64,000 bases of DNA from Armatimonadota bacterium. Its GTDB lineage: Bacteria > Armatimonadota > Fimbriimonadia > Fimbriimonadales > GBS-DC. Below the pieces are notes generated by a model. The model saw only the letters and a program-made list of their open reading frames with translations, made no database searches and was not told the DNA's origin. Made by a program: the position numbers and the translations under genes. Of this stretch, positions 20,657 to 29,250 are shown piece after piece. Positions within the stretch are counted from its first letter, which is position 1; every line of letters starts with the position of its first letter. The stretch spans positions 32,001-96,000 of the forward strand of contig JBBIML010000010.1 of assembly GCA_037444405.1 (NCBI GenBank), read 5' to 3'.

Positions 20657-21403
20657 ATGGCAGGACATTCGAAGTGGCACAATATCCGTATCCGCAAATC
20701 GCGGCAGGACGCGATGCGCAGCAAGCTCTTCACGAAGCTGGCACGCGAGATTATCGTGGCGGCGCGACTGGGCGGGGGCAACCCTGACGCCAACCCGCGC
20801 CTGCGGCTCGCCATCGAAAAGGCGCGCGAGCATCACATGCCTGCCGATAACATTAAGCGCGCCATCCAGCGCGGCACGGGCGAACTGGAAGGCGCCCAGT
20901 ATGAAGAGGTGCTGTACGAGGGCTACGGCCCCGGCGGCGTCGCCATCCTCGTGGAGTGCCTAACCGATAACCGCAACCGCACTGTTGCCGAGCTGCGCCA
21001 CCTGTTCTCCCGATACGGCGGCAGCCTGAGCGAGGCGGGCAGCGTCGCATGGCAGTTCAAGCGGCAGGGCGTCATCACCGTGCCCGCTGAAGCCATCAGC
21101 GAGGAGCGACTGTTCGAGCTGGCGCTGGAGGCAGGCGCCGAAGATGTCGTTGCCGAAGAGGAGTTCTATCGCGTCATCACGGCGCCCGAGCAGTTCCACG
21201 CCGTGCGCGACTACCTGCAGGCGAACAATGTGCCGATTGCCGAAGCGCAACTGGAGCTGACGCCCACCACCAGCGTGCGCGTGGAAGGCGAGACCGCCAC
21301 CAAACTCATGCGCCTGCTCGAAGCGCTCGAAGACCACGACGATGTGCAACACACCTACGCCAACTTCGACATCCCCGACGAGGTACTAACAGGGCTTTCG
21401 TAG
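20657..21403 (+). CDS. yebC: YebC/PmpR family protein
   Basis: MAGHSKWHNI, YEGYGPGG, TDNRNRT, LEDHDDVQ. Confidence 0.95.
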   Translation: MAGHSKWHNIRIRKSRQDAMRSKLFTKLAREIIVAARLGGGNPDANPRLRLAIEKAREHHMPADNIKRAIQRGTGELEGAQYEEVLYEGYGPGGVAILVECLTDNRNRTVAELRHLFSRYGGSLSEAGSVAWQFKRQGVITVPAEAISEERLFELALEAGAEDVVAEEEFYRVITAPEQFHAVRDYLQANNVPIAEAQLELTPTTSVRVEGETATKLMRLLEALEDHDDVQHTYANFDIPDEVLTGLS

Positions 21404-21406
21404 CCG

Positions 21407-22549
21407 GTGCGCCCCATGCGTGCCCGACCACCGCTGTGGACTCTGTTGCTGATGCTCATCACGACGGGCGCCACGCTGATGGTGATGGACGACGCGCCGC
21501 GGCTCGAATCGCTGGGCTTTGTGCCTGCCCAGCCGAAATGGTTCACGCCGTTCACCAGCCTGTTCGTGCATGCGAATCTGGCGCATCTGATACGCAACCT
21601 GCTCTTTCTGGCGTTTTTCGGCTGGTATGTGGAGCGGGTGCTGGCGCCGGCGCGGTTGCTGCTGCTCTATCTGCTCGGCGGGCTGGTGGCGGTGCTGACC
21701 CACTGGCTGATGGTGGCGGTGCTTCAGCCGATGCTCTATCGCGATTCGCTGGTGGGCGCGTCGGGCGCGATTTCCGCGCTGGTGGGCTACTTCGCGATAC
21801 GGTTCTATCGCGTGCGGGTGCGGCTGGTGTGGTCGCAGGTGAGTCGCTGGGGGCTGACCGTGCCGATGTGGCTGGCGGTGCTGCTGTGGGTGGTGTGGCA
21901 GGGGATGGGCGCGATCCTGAGCGCGGGTGCGGAGCATCCCGTCGAAGTGGGCTACTGGGCGCATCTGGGCGGCTTCGCCTTCGGGCTGGCGCTCGCGCTG
22001 CTGTGGGGCGCGGGCGGGCAGGGCGAACGCGACTACCTGCTCCAGCAAGCCGAACAGCGCCTGCATGAGGGCACGCCCGACGAATCGCTGCGCTGGCTCC
22101 AGCCCCTGCTGAACCGCCCGCAACCCGATGTGGACGCGCTCATTCGCGCCGGCGAAATCTGGCAACTGCTGGGCGACCGCGAGAGCGCTGTTCGCCATCT
22201 GCTGAACGCGCTGCGCCAGCGCCCGACCGACTGGCAACAGCTGAGCGCGATTGCCGACCGCCTGAGCGAGCTGCACGCGCTGAACCACCTGACGCTCGCC
22301 GAGCTGGACACGCTTCTGCAACGGGCAGAGCGCCAGCGCGAGCTGACCCGCGCCCTGCGCTGGCTCAATACCCTGCTCAAAGACCCCGGCACACCCTACC
22401 GCCCGGAACTGCTGTTGCGCTATGCGCGATTGCTCGAACAGAGCGGTCAGCACGCGGAAGCGCAGGCAGTGGTGCAGCAGCTGTTGCAGAGCTATCCCGA
22501 TTCGCTGCCCGCCGATCTGGCGCGCCTGCAGCAGCGCAAGCCGTCATGA
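21407..22549 (+). CDS. rhomboid intramembrane serine protease with TPR-like C-terminus
   Basis: H....HL..N, VGASGA, YWAHLGG. Confidence 0.85.
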   Translation: MRPMRARPPLWTLLLMLITTGATLMVMDDAPRLESLGFVPAQPKWFTPFTSLFVHANLAHLIRNLLFLAFFGWYVERVLAPARLLLLYLLGGLVAVLTHWLMVAVLQPMLYRDSLVGASGAISALVGYFAIRFYRVRVRLVWSQVSRWGLTVPMWLAVLLWVVWQGMGAILSAGAEHPVEVGYWAHLGGFAFGLALALLWGAGGQGERDYLLQQAEQRLHEGTPDESLRWLQPLLNRPQPDVDALIRAGEIWQLLGDRESAVRHLLNALRQRPTDWQQLSAIADRLSELHALNHLTLAELDTLLQRAERQRELTRALRWLNTLLKDPGTPYRPELLLRYARLLEQSGQHAEAQAVVQQLLQSYPDSLPADLARLQQRKPS

Positions 22550-23218
22550 GGCGCCCACACGCGCCTTATACAGTTCCAGCACGCGCTGAAGGGTCTCCGC
22601 AACGGTCAAATTCTCGTTATCGATGACGATCGCGTCATCCGCCTGCCGCAGGGGTGAGTCGGCGCGGGTGGTGTCGCGTTCGTCGCGCTCCCGAATCTCG
22701 CGCAGAACCTCTTCCAAAGGGATGTCGATGCCCTGCTCGCGGAGTTGTGCCTGACGGCGGCGGGCACGCTCTTCAGGCGAAGCGGTCAGAAAAATCTTCA
22801 GAATGGCTTCGGGGAACACGACGGTGGTGGTGTCGCGCCCTTCGGCGACCAGCCCCTCTACATGGCGGGCGATCTCCCGCTGGCGGGCGACCATCGCGCG
22901 GCGCACACCCGAATAGACCGATATCAGCGAGGCGAGCTGACCGATTTCGGGACGCCGGATCGCCTCCGACACATCCTCACCGTTGACCAGCACGCGCTGC
23001 TCGCCGTCGGCACGCTGGAAGCCGATTTGAATACGCTGGGCAAGCGCGGTGAGGGCAGGCTCATCCTCAGGTGCGATGCCCTCCCGCTGAGCAATCAGCG
23101 CCAGCGCGCGATACATCGCGCCCGTGTCCAGATACACAAAGCCGAGCGCCTGCGCCAGCAGGCGGGCTAAAGTGCTTTTGCCCGAACCCGCGGGTCCGTC
23201 GATCGCGATGACCTTCAT
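22544..23218 (-). CDS. cmk: cytidylate kinase
   Basis: IAIDGPAGSGKST, LDTGAMYR, EGRD. Confidence 0.95.
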   Translation of the reverse strand: MKVIAIDGPAGSGKSTLARLLAQALGFVYLDTGAMYRALALIAQREGIAPEDEPALTALAQRIQIGFQRADGEQRVLVNGEDVSEAIRRPEIGQLASLISVYSGVRRAMVARQREIARHVEGLVAEGRDTTTVVFPEAILKIFLTASPEERARRRQAQLREQGIDIPLEEVLREIRERDERDTTRADSPLRQADDAIVIDNENLTVAETLQRVLELYKARVGAS

Positions 23219-24066
23219 TCGCCTAACTCTGCCCGTATCGCCTGCAGTTGCTCGGCGATAATCTCCAGCAGCTCTTCCAGCTCCTGCTCCAGCGGTGGCA
23301 GGTGGCTGGGATGGAGCGCGCTGATGTCCAGCCCTTCCAGATAGCGTCGGAACTGGCGCACCTGCACGGCGGGTCCTGTGAGCGGGGGCGTCTTTTGCAA
23401 CACCTCTTCGGCGGGGCGCTCCAGAATCTCGTCGGCGCGTTCGGGCGCCTCGCGCAGCGTGCGCACCAGCGCGGCGGTCTCGCCGCTGGTGAGCTCCTCC
23501 TCGCGAATCTTGGTCGCAACGCGCGTCTGCAGCTCGGGGTCTTCCAGCTCCATCAGGCTGCGGGCGTGGCTGGTGGTGATGCTGCCAGCAGGCGGGCGAC
23601 CGCTGGTGGCAATCACCTGCTCGCCAATCTCTTCGGGCAGTTCCAGCAGTCCCAGCCAGATGGTGAGCGTGCGCTCGCTCAGCCCCAGCATCTGCGCCAG
23701 CTCGCGGTTGGTCAGTCGCCGCTGCTCCTTGAGCAGCTTGAGCGCGCGCGCCTTATCGATGGGCGCAAGGTCTTCCCGCTGAAGGTTCTCGGTGAGCTGT
23801 TCCAGCGTGGCGGTCTCATGGTCGATGGGCTTGACGATGCAGGGGATTTCGGTCAGCCCTGCCATGATAGCCGCCCGCCAGCGTCGCTCGCCCGTGACAA
23901 TCTGATAGGTTTCGCCGTCGGGCAGCGGTCGCACGGTGATGGGGTTCAGAATACCGTAGCGCCGAATGCTCTCCGCCAGCCCCTGCAGCTGCTCCTCATC
24001 GTAGCCCCGCCGCGGCTGGTCAGGGTCTTCCACTATCTGGTCAATCGCAATCCATCGCACCTCCAT
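23215..24066 (-). CDS. ParB/Spo0J family protein
   Basis: QPRR, GILNPI.V, GERRWRA, ENLQREDL, HTH. Confidence 0.9.
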   Translation of the reverse strand: MEVRWIAIDQIVEDPDQPRRGYDEEQLQGLAESIRRYGILNPITVRPLPDGETYQIVTGERRWRAAIMAGLTEIPCIVKPIDHETATLEQLTENLQREDLAPIDKARALKLLKEQRRLTNRELAQMLGLSERTLTIWLGLLELPEEIGEQVIATSGRPPAGSITTSHARSLMELEDPELQTRVATKIREEELTSGETAALVRTLREAPERADEILERPAEEVLQKTPPLTGPAVQVRQFRRYLEGLDISALHPSHLPPLEQELEELLEIIAEQLQAIRAELGE

Positions 24067-24120
24067 ATCTTGTGCCTCCCTGCCATAGAGTGTACCCTAT
24101 CCTGACCGCGCCATGCGTAC

Positions 24121-24160
24121 AGAAAAAATCAAGCCCCTGAGAGGCTCTTCAGGGGCTTGA
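24121..24160 (-). terminator. rho-independent terminator of SLH gene
   Basis: 12-bp stem tcaagcccctga/tcaggggcttga followed by U-run on minus strand. Confidence 0.8.
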
Positions 24161-24210
24161 GGGGGTGAGGGAGACAGGCGAGTTCGCCTGCCTCCACGGG
24201 GTGAACGGGT

Positions 24211-26103
24211 TCAGAACTTGATGCTGAGCGTGGTGGCTGCCACACCGCCGCGGTTCTTGCCCGCTCCGGGTGCGCCCAGCGCCGCCACGCCTTTGGAGTC
24301 GGCGTCGATAACCTGGTAAAGGACATTCAGGCTGGTGTTCTCGCCCAGGTTGTAGCCGACGCCCAGCGTGAAGTAGTTCCAGATAGGATTGGCGTTCGTG
24401 CTGCCGAAGGTGGCGCTGCGTGGTCGCCAGAAGGCGCCCTCGTAGTTGAACGAGAGGTTCCAGCGGTCGGACAGCTTGTAATCCACGCCGGCAACCACAT
24501 GCACGAGGTCATCGTTGGTCTGGTAGCCGCCTGCTGCCACGCGCCCCGTGCCCTCCAGGAACGCACCGCTCACCTCCACGCTGAAATCCTCGGAGAAGCG
24601 GTAGCGTAGGCTGGCGTACGGACCGCGCAGGTCGGACGGGTTCTCGAAGAATCCGATGCGACCCCAGTAGCCCGGCGCGATGAAGAAGGGGCGCACCTCG
24701 CGATAACCAGCGGTCAACCCAAGGTTCTCGCTGAAGTTGTAGCTGATGTTCGCGTCCAGCGCCCAGTTGTCCTTGTCGACCACATTATCGCTGTCGCGCA
24801 CGCCGTTGCTCTGGGCGTACTCCACGCCGACGGTGAAGCCGCGGAACTTCGCTCGCAGATCACCACCGAACACATCGATTCGGTTGGTGTTCTGACCGGC
24901 GAAGGTGGCAGGACCTGTGCCGGTGGCGAAGTAGGTGGCGCCAATCGTGAGGTTTGTATCCTCGCCCCGAATGGCGTCGAACTCCACGCGAGCGCCTGCG
25001 AACTGGTCCGGAACGCCGTTCAGGTCGGTATACACGGTCAGAGGCCCCACATGACCGTTCCCAAAAGCAACGCGCGGGGCAGCGGCGTTAACCGAGTTAT
25101 AGTTATTGAGCTTGGCAGCCCACAGGTTCAGGCGCACCGTGTCGAAGTTGAAGCCCAGCGCGCCGCCATCCACGCGGTACTGGTAGTCGTTGTAGCGCGG
25201 GAAGTTCAGGTAGTCGTCCCAGGTCGGTCGGCGCAGTGTGAACGGCGTGAGCGACACCGGGAACCGCCCGATGGTCACATCGATGCGCGTGCCAAAGAGG
25301 TCGATCGGCGCCTTCACATAGGCTTCCCAGATGACCAGATCGGTGCTGGGTGCGGGAGCGTTCCGTATATAGTTCAGGTAGTTGCCCAGAATGAAGGTCG
25401 CCGAGCCGCTGACCTCCTCGTTGATCTGCCCGCTGAGGGTCAGACCGAGTTCATGCACCGCGTCGATACTCTGCAGGAATTTGCCGGTCGGGTTGAGCGG
25501 GTCGCCGTTCCAGGTGAGCGCCTGGAACTTGTCGATGCTGTGCGTGGCGTAGCCGCCGAAGGTCAGGTCGCCGCTGAGGGTGATGCGCTCGCGTCGCTTC
25601 TCGAGCGCTTCCACACGGCTCTGGAGCGCGGCGAAGTCCTTCTTCAGGGTGTCGACATCCACGCCGAGGTTCGCCAGCTCCTGCTGGAAGGTCTGCGCCA
25701 GTCGCTGCAGGGTCTGCACGGCGGACTGGAGCTGCCGCAGTTCGTTCACTGCCTGCTCCAGCGCCTGCACACGCCCCGCCAGCTGCTGGTCGCCACCTGC
25801 AGGCGGCTGACCACCGGGTTGCTGACCCACCTGGCGAGCCAGCTCCTCAACGCGGTTGCTGAGCGTGCGCAGTCGCTCGTCGATGTTGCGGTAGGCGCGT
25901 GCAATCGCCTGCGCAAACTCGGCACGGGTCAAAGTCCGGTTGGGGCGGAAAGTCCCATCGGGGTAGCCCTCGATGAGTCCCGCGCGTACCAGCTCCTCGA
26001 TCGCCTGGTATGCCCAGTGACCGGGCGGTACATCGTCCATCTGGGCGAGCGCGAAACCAGCTGTCAGGCTCAGCCCAGCTACTGCTAACAACCATCGCTT
26101 CAT
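24211..26103 (-). CDS. SLH-domain + coiled-coil + beta-barrel outer membrane protein (SlpA/OmpM-like)
   Basis: signal peptide; DVPPGHWAY..., GYPDGTF, TRAE; coiled coil; C-terminal Phe. Confidence 0.85.
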   Translation of the reverse strand: MKRWLLAVAGLSLTAGFALAQMDDVPPGHWAYQAIEELVRAGLIEGYPDGTFRPNRTLTRAEFAQAIARAYRNIDERLRTLSNRVEELARQVGQQPGGQPPAGGDQQLAGRVQALEQAVNELRQLQSAVQTLQRLAQTFQQELANLGVDVDTLKKDFAALQSRVEALEKRRERITLSGDLTFGGYATHSIDKFQALTWNGDPLNPTGKFLQSIDAVHELGLTLSGQINEEVSGSATFILGNYLNYIRNAPAPSTDLVIWEAYVKAPIDLFGTRIDVTIGRFPVSLTPFTLRRPTWDDYLNFPRYNDYQYRVDGGALGFNFDTVRLNLWAAKLNNYNSVNAAAPRVAFGNGHVGPLTVYTDLNGVPDQFAGARVEFDAIRGEDTNLTIGATYFATGTGPATFAGQNTNRIDVFGGDLRAKFRGFTVGVEYAQSNGVRDSDNVVDKDNWALDANISYNFSENLGLTAGYREVRPFFIAPGYWGRIGFFENPSDLRGPYASLRYRFSEDFSVEVSGAFLEGTGRVAAGGYQTNDDLVHVVAGVDYKLSDRWNLSFNYEGAFWRPRSATFGSTNANPIWNYFTLGVGYNLGENTSLNVLYQVIDADSKGVAALGAPGAGKNRGGVAATTLSIKF

Positions 26104-26225
26104 CTGAAGCATCCCTCCTCCATGAGTTTTTTGGAAGGATACAGTGTGGGAGGGGGCGCAAGCAGCCTGTCCGAAGGTTCCCTGTTTGCGCACTCCCTCG
26201 CGCACGGACTGATCCTTCGCCCCCT

Positions 26226-26255
26226 ATAATACCCAACGCATGTCAAAAAAGTCAA
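26226..26255 (-). promoter_or_regulatory. sigma70 promoter of SLH gene
   Basis: TTGACT-N18-TATTAT on minus strand. Confidence 0.6.
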
Positions 26256-26296
26256 GGGATGCAACCGTTTTGGGGCGATTTTGCGGGTCAAATTGT

Positions 26297-27688
26297 TCAG
26301 ATTGGAGACCGCCACGCGCCCACCAGATAGAATGAACCCGTGATTAACACTAAATCATCGGCATCTGCCTGTTGCAGCGCCTGCTCAAACGCCTGCCGGG
26401 GTTGCTCACACACAACAGTTTCCAGCGGGTAGCGGTTGCCCGTTTGTTGTTGCCAGTGGCGGGCGCATGTGAGCAGTTCGCTGGGGTCGTAGGCGCGCTC
26501 GCTGGGCGCACGGGTGAAAATCACATGCTCGGTCAGCGGCAGCAGATGGCACAGCACGGCGCGCGGCTCATGCGGGCGCAACATGCCGAACACCATAATT
26601 AGCCGCCGATATTTGAACACTTTTGGCAGGGTGTGCGCCAGGGCTTCGGCAGCGTCGGGGTTGTGCGCACCGTCCAGCACCACCGTGGGGCAGTCGCTCA
26701 CCACCTGCATGCGACCGGGCAGCCACGCGCGCGCGACGCCCTGCTCGATGGCTTCGTCAGAAATAGCATAGCCCTGCTCGCGCAGGCACAGCACCGCACC
26801 CACCGCACAGGCGACATTGTGCCGCTGATAGCTGCCGATCAGGCGCGGATGCAGATCGAGGCTCCAGTCGCCACGCTGAACCCGCACGGATGAATCGGTG
26901 GGCGAGGGTAGAGGAGCGTAGAACAGGGTTGATTGATCAGACCCCCTCACCCGTAGCCTCTCCCCCGCTGGGGGAGAGGGGTTCCTGCCCCGCTCCCTTA
27001 GCGGGTTCTGCTCCGGGTCAGGGGCAACCTGCAGCAGGGGCGCGCTGCGGCGCCTGGCAACAGCCTCCACCATTGCCCGCGCGTCGGGATGCAGAACCCC
27101 GCTCACCACAGGGCGACCGGGCTTGATAATGCCCGCCTTCTCGTAAGCAATATCGCGATGGGTGGGTCCCAGCCGATCGGTGTGATCCAGCCCGACGCTG
27201 ACCAGCACGCTCACAGCGGGCACAACCACACTGGTGGCGTCCAGTCGCCCGCCCAGCCCCACCTCCATCGCGGCGAAATCCACACCTGCCTGCGCATACG
27301 CCCAGAACGCCAGCGCGGTCTTCAGCTCGAACTCGGTAACCTGCCCGTACTCGGTGTCGCGCAACTGCTCAATCAGGGGCTGGCAGCGGCGCACGCCCTC
27401 CATTAGCAGCTCCGGCGCGATTGGCTCGCCGTTAATCTGGATGCGCTCACGAAAATCGAACACATAGGGCGAGAAGTAGGAACCCACCTTATAGCCCGCC
27501 GCTTGCAGAATAGAGGCGACCAGCGCGGTGGTGGAGCCTTTGCCGTTGGTGCCCGTGATATGCACCACGCGCAGCGCGCGATGCGGATCGCCCAGCCGTG
27601 TTAGCAGCGCCTCCATGCGCGCGTTGCCCAGCCGCCAGCCGTAAAGGGTCAGGCTCTGAATGTACGCAATCGCCTGCTCAGGAGTCAT
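26297..27688 (-). CDS. folC: folylpolyglutamate synthase/dihydrofolate synthase
   Basis: HITGTNGKGS, EVGLGGRLDAT, EKAGIIK, LDGAHN, GSFYLVG. Confidence 0.95.
   Translation of the reverse strand: MTPEQAIAYIQSLTLYGWRLGNARMEALLTRLGDPHRALRVVHITGTNGKGSTTALVASILQAAGYKVGSYFSPYVFDFRERIQINGEPIAPELLMEGVRRCQPLIEQLRDTEYGQVTEFELKTALAFWAYAQAGVDFAAMEVGLGGRLDATSVVVPAVSVLVSVGLDHTDRLGPTHRDIAYEKAGIIKPGRPVVSGVLHPDARAMVEAVARRRSAPLLQVAPDPEQNPLRERGRNPSPPAGERLRVRGSDQSTLFYAPLPSPTDSSVRVQRGDWSLDLHPRLIGSYQRHNVACAVGAVLCLREQGYAISDEAIEQGVARAWLPGRMQVVSDCPTVVLDGAHNPDAAEALAHTLPKVFKYRRLIMVFGMLRPHEPRAVLCHLLPLTEHVIFTRAPSERAYDPSELLTCARHWQQQTGNRYPLETVVCEQPRQAFEQALQQADADDLVLITGSFYLVGAWRSPI
26941..26987 (+). repeat. palindromic repeat copy 2, inside folC
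   Basis: accccctcacccgtagcctctcccccgctgggggagaggggttcctg. Confidence 0.8.
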
Positions 27689-27747
27689 CACCCATATTAT
27701 AGCGCGTGGAAGCGGTTCGTGTATAATAGGAGCGTGGAGGCACAGCG

Positions 27748-29250
27748 ATGAGACGGACAGGTCTGGTGTGTCTGGGGGCATTGTTGATCGGGCTGGGCGT
27801 CTGGGCGCAGCAGCCAGCCACCGGCATAGAGAAGCCTATCACAGCGATCGAAGTGCGCGGTGTGGAGGTCGGTTCCCGAGCTGCCATCGAAGCCCTTCTG
27901 CAGCCGCTTGTGGGCACACAACCCTCTGCCGAGCAATTGCAAGCCGCCTTTCGCGCGGTGGCGGACTGGTATCACCAGCGCGGCTATGTGCTGGCGCAGG
28001 TGGCAGGCTACGAACAGGACGCAACGGGTAAGCTGATTGTTGAAATCGCTGAGGGCAAGATCGAGGAGATTGTGGTGCAGGGCAATCGGCGCACGCAGAC
28101 GGGCGTGCTGCGCCGCCTGATCGGCATTAAGCCCGGCGAGGTTTATAACGAGGAGCGGGTTCTGCGCGTGCGTCAGCGACTGGGACGGTTCCCCTTCCTG
28201 CGCGATGCGCAGCTGGGACCCGAAGCGGGCAGTCAGCTGGGCACGGCGTGTCTGCTGCTCAAAGTGGAGGAGGAGCGCTCGCTCGACTTCGCGGTTGCAG
28301 CGGGCTACACCAGCGATGAGGGCTTCATCGGCTATGCCGAGCTGCAGGAATCGAACTTCGCGGGGCTGGGTCATCGGGTACGCCTGCAATGGCAGCGTGA
28401 GCAGGTGCGCGACCCGAACACAGGTGAACTCATCCCACAGCGCGCCTCCTACGCCTTCAGCTACGAAGCGCCCCGATCCCTGCCCGGCGCGTTCAATTTC
28501 GGGGTGGAGATTTATGACCGTGCGCCGTTCTATCCCGTGTTCTATTCGGATTTAAACAATCTGCGTCGGTACGAGCGGCGGCGCGGGTTCACCGCCTACA
28601 TCGGGCTGGACTGGCGCGAGCTGTTCGAACTGCGCGTGCGCTATCGCTCCGACCATGTGGACTACGACGACGCGCCTCCCGGCTGGCTGTCGCCGGTGGA
28701 GCAGAGTGTCAATCGCGGGCGCATCGACGCGCTGGGCTTTCAGGTGCTGTATGACACGCGCGATGGTCGCCCCTTCACCCGCAGCGGGTTATACGCGACG
28801 GTGCTGGCGGAGCGCACGCTCAACCGCAGCGATTTCCAGTTCTCGCGTGTCGTCGGTGAGGCGAGCTACTATGTGCCGCTGGGAGGTGCGGGGCGCGTGC
28901 TGGTGCTGCGCGGAATAGCGGGTGTTGCGTCCGACCCGCTGCCGCTCAGTGAGAAGTTCTGGCTCGGCGGGTTCGAACTCCTGCGGGGCTATGACCAGGA
29001 CGAGTTCCGCGGCGACCAGATGCTGCTGGGCAGCGCGGAGTATCGCTTCCCCGTGATGGAATCGATTCAGGGCGCCATCTTTGTGGATGTGGGCGCCGCA
29101 TGGGATAAGGGTCAGACCCTGCAGCCGCGCGATGTGCGCAGCGGCATCGGCGCCGGGCTGCGGTTCGCCTCGCCGATTGGCATCATCCGCTTCGATCTGG
29201 CTTACGGCAAGCGCACCTTCGCCTATTTGAGCCTGTCGGCAGGCTATTAG
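27748..29250 (+). CDS. Omp85 (BamA/TamA) family outer membrane protein
   Basis: POTRA (IAEGKI..I.V.GN.RT), LRGY, GAGLRF.SPIG.IRFD. Confidence 0.88.
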   Translation: MRRTGLVCLGALLIGLGVWAQQPATGIEKPITAIEVRGVEVGSRAAIEALLQPLVGTQPSAEQLQAAFRAVADWYHQRGYVLAQVAGYEQDATGKLIVEIAEGKIEEIVVQGNRRTQTGVLRRLIGIKPGEVYNEERVLRVRQRLGRFPFLRDAQLGPEAGSQLGTACLLLKVEEERSLDFAVAAGYTSDEGFIGYAELQESNFAGLGHRVRLQWQREQVRDPNTGELIPQRASYAFSYEAPRSLPGAFNFGVEIYDRAPFYPVFYSDLNNLRRYERRRGFTAYIGLDWRELFELRVRYRSDHVDYDDAPPGWLSPVEQSVNRGRIDALGFQVLYDTRDGRPFTRSGLYATVLAERTLNRSDFQFSRVVGEASYYVPLGGAGRVLVLRGIAGVASDPLPLSEKFWLGGFELLRGYDQDEFRGDQMLLGSAEYRFPVMESIQGAIFVDVGAAWDKGQTLQPRDVRSGIGAGLRFASPIGIIRFDLAYGKRTFAYLSLSAGY

